Positions 22,343 through 32,582 of a stretch of 64,000 nt of DNA are shown one piece after another; position 1 is the first letter of the stretch; each line of letters begins with the position of its first letter. The notes under the pieces are model-generated. The model saw only the letters and a list, made by a program, of their open reading frames with translations, had not been told where the DNA came from and did not search any database. The stretch lies in the NCBI GenBank assembly GCA_039028615.1, contig JBCCHT010000003.1, forward strand, positions 32,001 to 96,000, in the 5' to 3' direction. The stretch is from Myxococcota bacterium (GTDB taxonomy: Bacteria; Myxococcota_A; Polyangia; Nannocystales; Nannocystaceae). Both the position numbers and the translations under genes were made by a program.

Positions 22343-22400
22343 ACGTCACGATCGAGTATCACCGCCCCTGGCGAGCGCCGAGGAGGGTACGCTTTGGTTC

Positions 22401-23966
22401 ATGGCTTCCACTCGGGACGACGATCCAAACGACCTTGGACGACGGCGTACGCTCGCCGGCATGGGAGCCGTGCTCGGCACGGTGGTCGCGGGCTGTGGCG
22501 ACGACGGGGGCTCGGGTGACGGCGGGAGCACGGGCGGCGGCTCGGGTACGACGGGAGGCGGAGCCGAGACCGATCTGCCGGGGGGGACCGCGGCCGATTC
22601 CACGGGCGGCGGCTCGAGCTCCGAGGGTGATGGGTCCTCCGACGGCAGCACGGGTGATCCGGGGATCGAGGCGTGCGCCGATCCGGGCGACCTGAGCCCG
22701 CAGGAGCTGCTCGCCGAGGTCGACACCATCGTCGTGGTGATGATGGAAAACCGCTCCTTCGATCACTACTTCGGCTCGGCCACCTTCCTCGAGGACTACG
22801 GGGTCGACGGGCTCACGGGCAAGGAGTCCAACCCGCGGCTCGATGGGACGCCCGTGCCCGTGTCTCTGCTCGAGAACTTGCAGCCCGCCGATCCGCCGCA
22901 CGGCTGGATGTCGTGCCACGACCAGTGGAACGGGGGAGCGAACGACGGCTTCGTGCGCGAGCACGAGGTGGTGCACCCCGGGTCGGTCGAAGAGGTCATG
23001 GGCTACCACGTGCGCTCGCAGCTGCCGGTCATCTATGCATTGGCCGACAACTACGTGCTGTGCGACCACTGGTATTCGTCGGTGCTGGGACCCACCTGGC
23101 CCAACCGCTTCTATCTCAACTGCGCCACCTCGGGCGGCATGCAGGGCAACAGCGAGGTGCCTGGGCTGACCACCATCTTCGACGTGCTCGAGTCCGAGGG
23201 GGTCTCCGCGGCCAACTACTACTCCGACTTGCCGTGGCTGTGGGGCGGGCTCGCCGACGTGCAGCTGCCCTACATCGATACCCTGGATGCATTTTTCGAC
23301 GCGGCGGAAAAGGGCAGCTTGCCCTCGTTCAGCATCGTGGAGCCGAACTATGGGGTCATCCCCGGCTCCGAAGGGGGCAACGACGACCATCCCTCGCACG
23401 ACATCACGCTGGGGCAGGTCTTCTTGGGCAGCGTGTACCAGGCCTTGGCTCAGAGCCCGCAGTGGGATCGGTGCCTGCTCATCATCACCTACGATGAGCA
23501 CGGCGGCTTCTACGATCACGTGCCGCCGCCCACCGCGACCGACGAGCTGCCCGATTTCCAGCAGCTCGGCATCCGGGTGCCTTCGCTGGTCATCGGTCCG
23601 CACGTTCGCCAGGGCTGCGTCGACGGGACCACGCTCGATCACGTCTCGCCCATCGCCACCGTGACCCGCCGCTTCGACCTGCCTTCGCTCAACGACCGTG
23701 TCGACGACACCAACGACGTCTCGGGGGCGATCGACCCGGACCTGCTCGGCAACCCACGGCCGCCCGCACCGATCCCCATGCTCACCGTGTCCGTCGAGGA
23801 GGTGCTGAGCAAGCGCGGCACGGGCCAGGAGGAGCTGGCCGAGCTCGTGCTGCGGGGGGAGATCCCGCTTCCGGTTGATCGTCGGCATGTGGGCGCGTCG
23901 CGTCAGATCGCGCTGCGCATGCTCGAGCGGGCGCAGAAGCTCGGCGTGGCCAAGCTCGTGCCCTGA
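22401..23966 (+). CDS. Second phosphoesterase / phospholipase C-like Tat lipoprotein
   Basis: GRRRTL...VAGC signal; MENRSFDHY, TWPNR, DDHP and TYDEHGGFYDHV motifs; paralog of 2004-3560. Confidence 0.9.
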   Translation: MASTRDDDPNDLGRRRTLAGMGAVLGTVVAGCGDDGGSGDGGSTGGGSGTTGGGAETDLPGGTAADSTGGGSSSEGDGSSDGSTGDPGIEACADPGDLSPQELLAEVDTIVVVMMENRSFDHYFGSATFLEDYGVDGLTGKESNPRLDGTPVPVSLLENLQPADPPHGWMSCHDQWNGGANDGFVREHEVVHPGSVEEVMGYHVRSQLPVIYALADNYVLCDHWYSSVLGPTWPNRFYLNCATSGGMQGNSEVPGLTTIFDVLESEGVSAANYYSDLPWLWGGLADVQLPYIDTLDAFFDAAEKGSLPSFSIVEPNYGVIPGSEGGNDDHPSHDITLGQVFLGSVYQALAQSPQWDRCLLIITYDEHGGFYDHVPPPTATDELPDFQQLGIRVPSLVIGPHVRQGCVDGTTLDHVSPIATVTRRFDLPSLNDRVDDTNDVSGAIDPDLLGNPRPPAPIPMLTVSVEEVLSKRGTGQEELAELVLRGEIPLPVDRRHVGASRQIALRMLERAQKLGVAKLVP

Positions 23967-23995
23967 CCTGGCCCCTGGCTGCGTCGAGACCAGCC

Positions 23996-24853
23996 CTAGG
24001 TCGGCTCGGGGCATTCCCAGTCGAAGTTCGTACAGGTCCCCGTCGTGAAGGGCGGCGTCCAGTCCTCGGGCGGGGGCGAGCCCGCGGTGAAGGTGGGCAG
24101 GCCGACGAGGCAATCGCTCAGGCTCTGTACGGTCGGCGTGTCGAGGCAGGCGTCGAAGAACGCGGTGTCCTGCAGCTCGAGCGTCCCCGAGTGGCCGAAG
24201 TAGCCCGAGGCAGGGCAGCCCTTGCACGTATCCTGGAACTGCATGCGCACCGTGCCGTCACCGTCGGTGAACAGCTCGACATAGACGAGGCCGGTGTCTC
24301 CCATCTCGCCGAACATCAGCTCGTAGCGGCCCGGTACGCCGTCGCGGAGCGATTGCAGCAGGCAGGCGGCGGCGTCCTCGTCTTCGAAGGACTCGATCAT
24401 GTCCCAGCCCATGCCCCACACCCGCGAGCAGGGCATGGGCAGGTCGTTGCAGACCAAGCGCGGGCGAACGCATCCGGTGCCGATGGCGAAGCAGGTGGGA
24501 TCGCTGACCTCCCCGCCTTTGCAGTCGCAGGAGAACTCCCACTGCCGCAGGCAGCTGTCGAGCGGGCACTCGACGGCGGCATCGGGGTCGCAGTCGCTGG
24601 GGCCCGCCGTGGTCCCGTCGGTAGAGGTGGTGCCGTCGGCGGCGGTGGTCTCCGTTGCGGTGCCGTCGTCGGCCGAGCCCGGTCCGGTTTCGGAGGCGGA
24701 GTCGCTCGGGGCGGCGGTCGCTTCGGCAGAGGGTTCGGTCGTGTCACCGCTGCCACTGCCGGAGCCGGTGGGTTGAATGCTCGTGTCCGTGCATGCGGCG
24801 AGGACCAAGCCGCACGCGATCCAGAGTGCACTACGATAAGCCAACATGATCAC
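23996..24853 (-). CDS. Hypothetical Cys-rich acidic lipoprotein
   Basis: LAAC lipobox, Thr/Ser/Gly linker, Cys-rich body. Confidence 0.7.
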   Translation of the reverse strand: MIMLAYRSALWIACGLVLAACTDTSIQPTGSGSGSGDTTEPSAEATAAPSDSASETGPGSADDGTATETTAADGTTSTDGTTAGPSDCDPDAAVECPLDSCLRQWEFSCDCKGGEVSDPTCFAIGTGCVRPRLVCNDLPMPCSRVWGMGWDMIESFEDEDAAACLLQSLRDGVPGRYELMFGEMGDTGLVYVELFTDGDGTVRMQFQDTCKGCPASGYFGHSGTLELQDTAFFDACLDTPTVQSLSDCLVGLPTFTAGSPPPEDWTPPFTTGTCTNFDWECPEPT

Positions 24854-24918
24854 AGGGTAGAGGAATCACCGCACGGCCGCCATCGCCGACGCTGGTGATC
24901 GGAGATGAGCCCGCGGCC

Positions 24919-27474
24919 CTATTCGGTCGAGGCGGGGGCCCAGCCGGAGGCCGGAGCCACGAGCGGGAGCAGGTACTGCAGGTTGGCTCGGCGATCGAGC
25001 GCTGCATCGTCGCGTCGCGCTCGCTCGGTGATCGCTTGGTCCTCGGAGTGCGGTCGCACGCGATCCCACGCCTCGCGGTGTTCCTTCGACCCGTCTTCGT
25101 TGCCGCGCTCGGCTTCGATGCGGGTCAGCAGTGCGTGCGCGGCGAGGTTCTCCGGGTCGATGGTCAGCACGCGCTCGAGCAGCTCGGCCGCCGGCTCTTC
25201 GCGCTCGAGCTTGAACAGCGCATCGGCCTTCATCACGAGCAGCTGCCGGTCGCGGGGGAAGCCGGCGAGGGCCACGTCGAGCGCGGTGATGGAGGCCTCG
25301 TGGTTGCCCTGCGCGCTGCGAATGCGGGCGAGTAGCCAGGCGGCGGTGGCGTGCCCGGGGCTGCGCGAGTCGGCCTCGCGGACCAGCTCCTCGGCGCGGA
25401 TGAGCGCGCCGTCGGCCAGCGCAGCGCGAGCCTGGTCGAGCCACGGGCCAGGGTCGTCGGGCATGCGCTCGGCGGCCGCGATCGCGGCCTGCTCGGCCAG
25501 CGCGGTGTCGCCCCGCAGCAGGTGCCCGATGCCCAGGTTGCGCAGGCGCGAGCCGGTCTCGGCCGCGGGCGGGGTGGGCGTGAACTCTCCCGGCTGCAAC
25601 TGGATGGAGGTGGCGGCGATCTCGGTGACGGGGATGGCCGCCGCATCGGCACCGAGCGCGAACTCGACGTAGTCTCGCGGGAACTTGCGGTCGAGCACCC
25701 GCAGCTCGAGCCGGGTGGCGGTGGCGGGCGCGTCGAAGGCCACCCGCACGATGTCGGAGGCGCCCAGCATGATCCGGCGCGCGGTGAGCACGACGTGGGC
25801 ATCTTCGACGTCGTGCACCAACAGCGGCTTGCCTTTGCCATCGAGCAGCACCGCGTTCCAACGGTGCGACTGCGGGTCGAGCCGACCGCTGGGGTCGAGC
25901 CAGCCGCTGGCGAGCACGGCCTTGCCCTGCTCGTCGCGCAAGGTCAGCTCGAGCCACGATTGGCGCAGGTCGGCGATGCCTCCGGGGTACAGGTGCCCGG
26001 AGCCCTGGTTGCGGACCACGACGTCGACGGTGACGGGGTTGCCCGCGGGGACGGTGACTATCTCGGGCGGGGCGAGCTGGCGCTGCATGCCCGCCTCGGT
26101 CTTGACCTCGATCGCCCCCACGTCGATCGACAGCACGTCGCGGATGAACTCGCGGTTGCGGGCGACCCACTGCGCGTCGTCCAGCGCATGGGGCAGGGCG
26201 GTGTTGGCCCCCAAGAAGGCGTGGTCGGAGACGGTGCCGTCGCGCGCGGCCGGGTCGTCGGCGGCGATGCGCGGCATGTGGCAGTCCTGGCAGCGACGCT
26301 GCTTCTTGCCCGGGGCGTAGAAGGTGCGCGCCGAGTATCCGCCTGCGCCGCTGTCGTGCCAGGGATCGTATTCGTTCTGGCCGCGGAGCCACCGATGCCC
26401 GTTGAGCTCGGGCGGGATGTGGGCCTTGTGGCACGGCATGCACATCTGCGGCGTGCGCAGGTGCTCCTTGGAGAAGCTGGCGATGTGCTGCTCGGGCTTG
26501 CTGCGGATCAGCCGGTTGCTGCGCTCGCGCTCGTCGGGATCGGGGGAGTCGTAGCCGGGGTAGTGCTCGGGGGCGGCGAGCACGTAGCTGCCGTTGCCGA
26601 CGAGGCTCGGAGGCTCGGTGATCGCATGGCAGACGAGGCAGGTGATGCCCGCATCGGCGCCGGGATCCTCGGGCTTGGGGTGGGCGTCCATGCGCCCGGT
26701 GAGCAGCAGCAGCGGGTCGTGGCAGCCGCCGCAGAACTTGAGCTGATCGGCGTCTCGGTGCTCTTGCGCCACGGCCAAGGTCGCGGCGTAGAAGGGATCG
26801 TTGAGCGACCCGAAGTGATGCGTGGAGCGCTCCCATCGCTCGGCGATGGCGGGGTGGCACTGGGCGCAGTAGTCCGGGTTGGCGAGGTCCTCGGGGCCGA
26901 GCACGTGTCCGTCGGCGGTCTTGGCCTGCGACAGTCCGGGGTTGAACGCGGCGCGGGGAGGACCGGAGGGCTCGGTGGTGCGCGGCCACCATTGCTGCCC
27001 CGCCCAGATGCCCCCCGCGAGGACGACGGCTGCGCCCGCGGCCAACCGCTCGGCTCGCAGGGCGGGCGTGGAGAAGGCCCGCAGGCGGTGCAGCACGTAG
27101 GTGACCAGAGCCACCCCGAAGGCGGCTTCGTGCAGGACCACCAGCCACTGCAGCGCGCTGCTCTTGCCCACGACCCACAGCCCGAGGCCGGCCAGCGACC
27201 CCACGGTGGCCACGGTGGCCACCAGCACGCCGACTCGACGGGCGCCGCCGTTGCGGTGCCGACGATGCAGCACGACGTGGCTGCCCACGAAGATGGGCAG
27301 GGCCACCAGCAAGCCGCCGCCGAGGATCAGGTGCAGCCGCTGCATCAGCGGCACCAACCCCTGCGGCGTGAGGGCGGTGACGAGGAAGGCGCTATTGGCC
27401 AGCAGGCAGACGGTGGCGATCGCCAGCAGGATCCCGGCGATTCGTTGCCACCGCCGGATGCTGGCTCGCTTCAT
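24919..27474 (-). CDS. Membrane-anchored multiheme cytochrome c with C-terminal TPR repeats
   Basis: About 5 N-terminal TM segments; five CxxCH motifs (CAQCH, CGGCH, CLVCH, CMPCH, CQDCH); TPR-like C-terminus; ATGA-coupled start at 27474. Confidence 0.88.
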   Translation of the reverse strand: MKRASIRRWQRIAGILLAIATVCLLANSAFLVTALTPQGLVPLMQRLHLILGGGLLVALPIFVGSHVVLHRRHRNGGARRVGVLVATVATVGSLAGLGLWVVGKSSALQWLVVLHEAAFGVALVTYVLHRLRAFSTPALRAERLAAGAAVVLAGGIWAGQQWWPRTTEPSGPPRAAFNPGLSQAKTADGHVLGPEDLANPDYCAQCHPAIAERWERSTHHFGSLNDPFYAATLAVAQEHRDADQLKFCGGCHDPLLLLTGRMDAHPKPEDPGADAGITCLVCHAITEPPSLVGNGSYVLAAPEHYPGYDSPDPDERERSNRLIRSKPEQHIASFSKEHLRTPQMCMPCHKAHIPPELNGHRWLRGQNEYDPWHDSGAGGYSARTFYAPGKKQRRCQDCHMPRIAADDPAARDGTVSDHAFLGANTALPHALDDAQWVARNREFIRDVLSIDVGAIEVKTEAGMQRQLAPPEIVTVPAGNPVTVDVVVRNQGSGHLYPGGIADLRQSWLELTLRDEQGKAVLASGWLDPSGRLDPQSHRWNAVLLDGKGKPLLVHDVEDAHVVLTARRIMLGASDIVRVAFDAPATATRLELRVLDRKFPRDYVEFALGADAAAIPVTEIAATSIQLQPGEFTPTPPAAETGSRLRNLGIGHLLRGDTALAEQAAIAAAERMPDDPGPWLDQARAALADGALIRAEELVREADSRSPGHATAAWLLARIRSAQGNHEASITALDVALAGFPRDRQLLVMKADALFKLEREEPAAELLERVLTIDPENLAAHALLTRIEAERGNEDGSKEHREAWDRVRPHSEDQAITERARRDDAALDRRANLQYLLPLVAPASGWAPASTE

Positions 27475-29288
27475 GGGGCGATGACCTCGGCCCCCGGCAC
27501 ATAGGGCACGGGGTCCTGCCCCTGGACGACACGCAGGTGGGTGTCGACGCCCGACGGGGTGAGGGTCTGGGTCTGTCCGCCCGGCCAGTGGATGACGAGC
27601 TCGTCGATGGCGGTGGCGGAGCCGAGGCCGAGGTGGATCCGGCGATCGCTGACCGACAGGTACGACGACGCGCCCCGGACCTCGCGACGCAGGGTCTGGT
27701 CGCCGACCTTGGCCACGACGATCGCCCCGATGGCGCTGCGGTTGGCAGAGCTGCCCTCGAGCCACAGCGACAGCCAGTGCCCGCGCGAGGGGCTGGTGTT
27801 GCGGGCGACGTGCAGGGCGCCGTCGTTGTTGGCCACGACGTAGTCGAGCCCGCCGTCGGAGTCGAGGTCACCCACCGCGAGCCCGCGGCCCACGCCCGGC
27901 TTCTGCAGGGCGGAGCCCGCCGTGGCGCTGATGTCGACGAACTTGCCGTCGCCCACGCGCTCGTAGAGCGAGTCCAGCTGGGCGAACTCGACCTGCTCGC
28001 GGTAGGTCGCGATGTTGTCGGTGACGTGGCCGTTGGCGGTGATCAGGTCCTCGTCGCCGTCGTTGTCGGCGTCGAGCCACTCGATGCCGAACGACAGGCG
28101 GGCCCGCGCGCTGGCCCCGATGCCGGCCGCGTCGGAGCGCTCGCGATAGTTGCCGCCGTCGCGCCGCGAATAGAGGCTGGTGGGCTCCGCCTGGAAGTTG
28201 GTGACCGCGAGGTCCCAGCGCCCGTCGGCATCGGAGTCACCGACCGCGACGCCCATGGAGGCCTCTTCGCGGCCGAGCTCGGAGTACGCGACCCCGGCCA
28301 CCACGCCCGCCTCCTCGAAGCGGCCCTTGCCGTCGTTGAGCAGCAGCAGGTTCCGCGAGATGTCGTCGGCGACGTAGACGTCGGTGTCGCCGTCGTCGTC
28401 GAGGTCACCCGTGGCCACGGCCAGGCCCTTGGCGGCATGCGCCGCGACGCCCGACTCGACCGACACGTCGACGAAGCGGCCGCCGTCGTTACGCAGCAGT
28501 CGGTCGCTCTGCGGCTCGTACATGCCCGGCGTGCAGTAGATGTGGATGGTGCGGAACCAGCACTTGATTGCGGTCTCGAGCTCGTACTCGACGTAGCGCA
28601 CCACGTACAGGTCGAGGTCGCCGTCGGAGTCCATGTCGAGCATGGCCGCACTGGTGGACCACCCCTGCGGATCGACGCCCCACGCTTCGGTCACGTCGGT
28701 GAAGCCCTTGCCCGCGTCGTTGTGCAGCAGCTGGTCCTTGCCCGCGTAGGTGGTGAGGTACAGGTCGGTCCACCCGTCGCCATCGATGTCGCCCGCGGCC
28801 ACGCCGAGGCCATAGCCGTGGGCGCTGAGGCCATACTCCTGGGTCGCGTCTCGGAAGCCGCCCTTGCCGTCGCCGAGCAGCAGCCGCGGGCCGGCCTCGG
28901 CCGACTGATCGGCACTGACGAGGCTGCCCGAGTCGGTGGTGAAGATGTCCAGGGCCCCGTTGCGATCGACGTCGACGAGGGCCACGCCCGCACCCGTGAT
29001 CTCCGGGATCCACTTGTCGGCGTGGCGTCCCGCGTGGTGACGGACGTCGATGCCCCACGTGCTCGCGGTGTCGGTGAACTGGATCGAGCCGCTGGCCTCG
29101 GCGGGCGCGTCGGGCTTTTGGGTGGCGGGCCCAGGCGCGGCCGCCTTGCCCTCGGCGGGGGGCTCGAAGAGCGAGGCCTTGGCGGGCGGCTTCTTGGGGG
29201 CCTCCGCCCCGCCGTCGCACGCCACCATCGAGCCGGCCATCCAAAGGGCCAGGCGCGAGAGCTTCGGGAGCATCGAGGAATCGTTCAT
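27471..29288 (-). CDS. CRTAC1-family protein (FG-GAP/VCBS repeats + ASPIC/UnbV domain), lipoprotein
   Basis: Repeated DxDxDGxxD motifs; C-terminal NRSAIGA...SSYLS...HLGLG...IHWPGG; MVAC lipobox. Confidence 0.9.
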   Translation of the reverse strand: MNDSSMLPKLSRLALWMAGSMVACDGGAEAPKKPPAKASLFEPPAEGKAAAPGPATQKPDAPAEASGSIQFTDTASTWGIDVRHHAGRHADKWIPEITGAGVALVDVDRNGALDIFTTDSGSLVSADQSAEAGPRLLLGDGKGGFRDATQEYGLSAHGYGLGVAAGDIDGDGWTDLYLTTYAGKDQLLHNDAGKGFTDVTEAWGVDPQGWSTSAAMLDMDSDGDLDLYVVRYVEYELETAIKCWFRTIHIYCTPGMYEPQSDRLLRNDGGRFVDVSVESGVAAHAAKGLAVATGDLDDDGDTDVYVADDISRNLLLLNDGKGRFEEAGVVAGVAYSELGREEASMGVAVGDSDADGRWDLAVTNFQAEPTSLYSRRDGGNYRERSDAAGIGASARARLSFGIEWLDADNDGDEDLITANGHVTDNIATYREQVEFAQLDSLYERVGDGKFVDISATAGSALQKPGVGRGLAVGDLDSDGGLDYVVANNDGALHVARNTSPSRGHWLSLWLEGSSANRSAIGAIVVAKVGDQTLRREVRGASSYLSVSDRRIHLGLGSATAIDELVIHWPGGQTQTLTPSGVDTHLRVVQGQDPVPYVPGAEVIAP

Positions 29289-30340
29289 GGGGAGCCTCCG
29301 GCGGCGAGGGCCTGGAGCTGGAGCTTGGCCTCGGCCGCGTCCGCGCTGCGTCCGGCCTGGGTGTAGATCTTCACGCGAAGCCCGAGCAGCTGCGCCTTGA
29401 GCTTGGTGGGCGCGTGCGGCAGCAGCTCGTCGATGAGGCCGTCGGCCTCGTCGGTGCGACCGGCCGCCATGGCTTGCTTGAGCGCGCTGCTCTTGGCGGC
29501 GAGTCGGAGCTGTTGGCGCTCCTTTTCCGCCGTCTTGGCGTTGGCCGCCCGAGCGGCCTCGGACGTCTTGGTCGAGTCTTCGGTGCGTCCCGCGGCCGCG
29601 TAGGCGCGGGCCAGGGCGCCCAAGAGCCCGGGATGCTCCGGCGCCGCCGCGCGTCCGGCCTCGAGCTCGGTGATGGCCGCATCGATGTTGCCCGCGTGCA
29701 GCTGGGACAGCCCGATGAGCAGCGGGGCATCGGTCACGTTGCCCTTGCCGACCTTGGTGCGCGCGCCTTGGAGCCACGGTAGCGCTTCGTCGGTCCGCCC
29801 CGCGTGGAACAGGGCGAAGCCGGCCAGCCACGCCGCCTTGCTGTCGGCCCCGGCCTCGTTGGCCAGCGGCAGCAGCACCTCGATGGCCTCGTCGTAGCGC
29901 GTGGCTCGGAGCCAGGTGGCCCCCTGCTTGAGCCGTTGTTCCTGCGAGGGATTGTCGGGCAGCAGCTCGGCGTGCAGCTCGGCGGTGGCGACCGGCTCGT
30001 CGCAGGCCTTGAAGGCGAGCATCAGCGCTTGGCCGAGCAGCGGCGGCACCCCGTGCGTCTCGCGGAGCTGGCGGAGCTCGGCGAGCGCCTGGACGTTGCA
30101 GGTGCTGCCGCTCTTGAACGCCCCGGCGAGCGCCTTGACCCGAGCTTGCGCCTCGGCGGACAGCGGGGTGGGCGTGGGGCGAGTCGGCGAGGCCGCCGCG
30201 GTGCCCGGATCCTTCGCGGGGGCGGCAGCAGCGGCAGGGGCGGCTGCCTTGGCGGGCGCGGGCGGAGGCGTCCGCTGCGGAGGGTCGTTCGAGCAGGCGG
30301 CGAGCGACGCCGCGACAACGATGAGGCCGAAGCTCCGCAC
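29285..30340 (-). CDS. TPR-repeat lipoprotein
   Basis: LAAC lipobox, Pro/Ala linker, TPR-like helical repeats. Confidence 0.8.
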   Translation of the reverse strand: MRSFGLIVVAASLAACSNDPPQRTPPPAPAKAAAPAAAAAPAKDPGTAAASPTRPTPTPLSAEAQARVKALAGAFKSGSTCNVQALAELRQLRETHGVPPLLGQALMLAFKACDEPVATAELHAELLPDNPSQEQRLKQGATWLRATRYDEAIEVLLPLANEAGADSKAAWLAGFALFHAGRTDEALPWLQGARTKVGKGNVTDAPLLIGLSQLHAGNIDAAITELEAGRAAAPEHPGLLGALARAYAAAGRTEDSTKTSEAARAANAKTAEKERQQLRLAAKSSALKQAMAAGRTDEADGLIDELLPHAPTKLKAQLLGLRVKIYTQAGRSADAAEAKLQLQALAAGGSP

Positions 30341-30420
30341 GGTGCGGGGAGTCTACACGGATTTAGCGCGTTCTCCGACCAGCGCGCACAGGGCCACAGA
30401 ACGTCCGTACAATCGCAATC

Positions 30421-32577
30421 GTGTCGTCACTCGCCATCGGGCAGCGCTGGTCGCTGGCCCTCGCACTGCTCACGGTGGCCTGCGGTCCACCCGACATCAC
30501 GGTGCTCGAGGACCGCTGCGCTGCGGCGATCTGGGGGCAGCCGCGACGCCCCGGTGAACGCCTGACGGTGGTGGGAAGCTGGGATGGCTGGGCCACGCCC
30601 GTATCCATGCGCGACTTCGAGGCGTCGCCGTGGCAAGTCGCCGAAATGTCGCTGCCGCCCGGGGTCTACGAGTACCTGGTGGTCGAGGAGGGCGCGAGCC
30701 GGATCGACGAGCACAACGCGCTGACCAACTTTCGTGCGAGCGATGGCCTGGAGGTCTCCCGGCTCGACGTCGCCAGCTGTGCGGTCCCGCAGGTGCAGGT
30801 GCTCGCCGTCCACGAGGGCTCGCCCGACGGCTTCGAGGTCGAGCTCGGCTACGTGCCCGCGCGCGATGGCGCCGCGCTGGATCTCGAGCGTACCTACGCC
30901 GAGCTCGAGGACGGCACGGCGCTGACGGTCGAGCAGTACGACGAAGACGCGCAGACCTTTCGGGTGCGAGCGTCGGGCCAGGCGCGCGGCAAGCATCGAG
31001 TGCGGGTGCACGCCGCCGACGGCAAGGAGCGTCCCGCCGTACCCGTGACCGCGGTCGGCTGGGTCGATCCGGTCGCGCCGCAGTGGTCCGACGGCATCGT
31101 CTACCAGATCATGATCGATCGGTTTCGGGGGGATGGCGGGGTCCAGCTGGAGCCGCCGCCCGACCCGGGCGCACGAGCGGGAGGTACCCTTGACGGGGTG
31201 CTCAGCGAGCTGCGAGCGGGCACCTTCGAGGCGCTCGGCGTCTCGGCGCTGTGGCTGTCACCCGTGTACAAAAACCCGGTCGAGGCTCGGGAGGGGCGCG
31301 ACGACGATCACCTCTACGAGGGCTATCACGGCTACTGGCCCCTCGACACGCGCGCCGTGGACGAGCGGATCGGCGGCGAAGATGCTCTGGATGCCCTGGT
31401 GGCCGAGGCGCATGCCCGCGGCATTCGGGTCTTGCTCGATCTGGTGCCCAACCATCTGTACGAAGACAACCCGCGGGTCGCGGCCCACCGCGGTGAAGGG
31501 TGGTTTCACGAGCACGAGCCGGAGTGCGTCTGCGGCACGCCCAGCTGCCCGTGGGGCGAGTTCATTCAGGTCTGTTGGTTCACCGACTACCTGCCCGACC
31601 TGCGCTTCCAGAACCCCGACGTCATGGAGCTCGCGGTCGAGGACGCGCTGTGGTGGCACGACCGCTTCGACACCGACGGCTTCCGCATCGACGCCGTGCC
31701 CATGATGCCGCGCGCCGTCTCGCGACGGATCGTGCACGCCATGCGCGACTCCACCGGTCCTCGCTCGGCCGCGTTCTCCATGGGCGAGATCTTCACCGGG
31801 CCGGGGGCGGGCGGCACCGAGATCATCCGCTATCACCTCGGCCCCGACGGGCTCGACAGCGCCTTCGACTTTCCCTTGATGTGGGTCATTCGCGACGTGC
31901 TCGCCCACCGCACCGCCGACATGTCCGCGCTCGAGTCCAGCCTGAGCAATACCGAGCAGGCCCTGGCCGGCTCGGGAGCGGTCTTGGGCACGATGATCGG
32001 CAACCACGACGTCACCCGCTTCGCCTCCGAGGCGGAGGGCAACGCGGGGGGCGACCCCTGGTCCGCGCCGCCGACGGTGCCCACCGACGAGGACGTCTAC
32101 GTGCACACCGGCCTGGGGTTGGGCCTGGTGCTCACGCTGCCCGGCTTGCCCGTGATCTACTACGGCGACGAGCTGGGTTTGGCGGGCGGGCGCGACCCCG
32201 ACAACCGTCGCGTGATGCCCGATCTCTCGTTATTGAATCCGGCCCAGGTCGACCTGCTGAACCAGGTGCAAGCGCTGGCACAGCTCCGTCGGTGCCTGCC
32301 CGCGCTGCGCAGCGGCACGCGGACCTCGTTGTTGACGGAGCGCGACGTGTACGCGTTCCTGCGGGACTCCGGTGATTCCGAGCCCGCGGTGGTCGTGCTC
32401 TCGCGTGACGCCGACCCCGCGACGGTCCAGCTCCCGGCCGGGTCGACCCCGGTGACGGGCTGGTATAAGGATGCCGTGTCGGGACAGCGCTTCGAGATCA
32501 CCGCCGCAGGGGCGGCCATCGAGATGGAGCCGCGCTCACTCCGAGTGCTCGTGCCCGAGACCTCTTCTTGCGGTTGA
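30421..32577 (+). CDS. GH13 alpha-amylase family lipoprotein with N-terminal CBM48-like domain
   Basis: TVAC lipobox; VVGSWDGW...LPPGVYEY; YHGYW, GFRIDAV, GEIF, GNHD and IYYGDE motifs. Confidence 0.9.
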   Translation: MSSLAIGQRWSLALALLTVACGPPDITVLEDRCAAAIWGQPRRPGERLTVVGSWDGWATPVSMRDFEASPWQVAEMSLPPGVYEYLVVEEGASRIDEHNALTNFRASDGLEVSRLDVASCAVPQVQVLAVHEGSPDGFEVELGYVPARDGAALDLERTYAELEDGTALTVEQYDEDAQTFRVRASGQARGKHRVRVHAADGKERPAVPVTAVGWVDPVAPQWSDGIVYQIMIDRFRGDGGVQLEPPPDPGARAGGTLDGVLSELRAGTFEALGVSALWLSPVYKNPVEAREGRDDDHLYEGYHGYWPLDTRAVDERIGGEDALDALVAEAHARGIRVLLDLVPNHLYEDNPRVAAHRGEGWFHEHEPECVCGTPSCPWGEFIQVCWFTDYLPDLRFQNPDVMELAVEDALWWHDRFDTDGFRIDAVPMMPRAVSRRIVHAMRDSTGPRSAAFSMGEIFTGPGAGGTEIIRYHLGPDGLDSAFDFPLMWVIRDVLAHRTADMSALESSLSNTEQALAGSGAVLGTMIGNHDVTRFASEAEGNAGGDPWSAPPTVPTDEDVYVHTGLGLGLVLTLPGLPVIYYGDELGLAGGRDPDNRRVMPDLSLLNPAQVDLLNQVQALAQLRRCLPALRSGTRTSLLTERDVYAFLRDSGDSEPAVVVLSRDADPATVQLPAGSTPVTGWYKDAVSGQRFEITAAGAAIEMEPRSLRVLVPETSSCG

Positions 32578-32582
32578 ACGCC

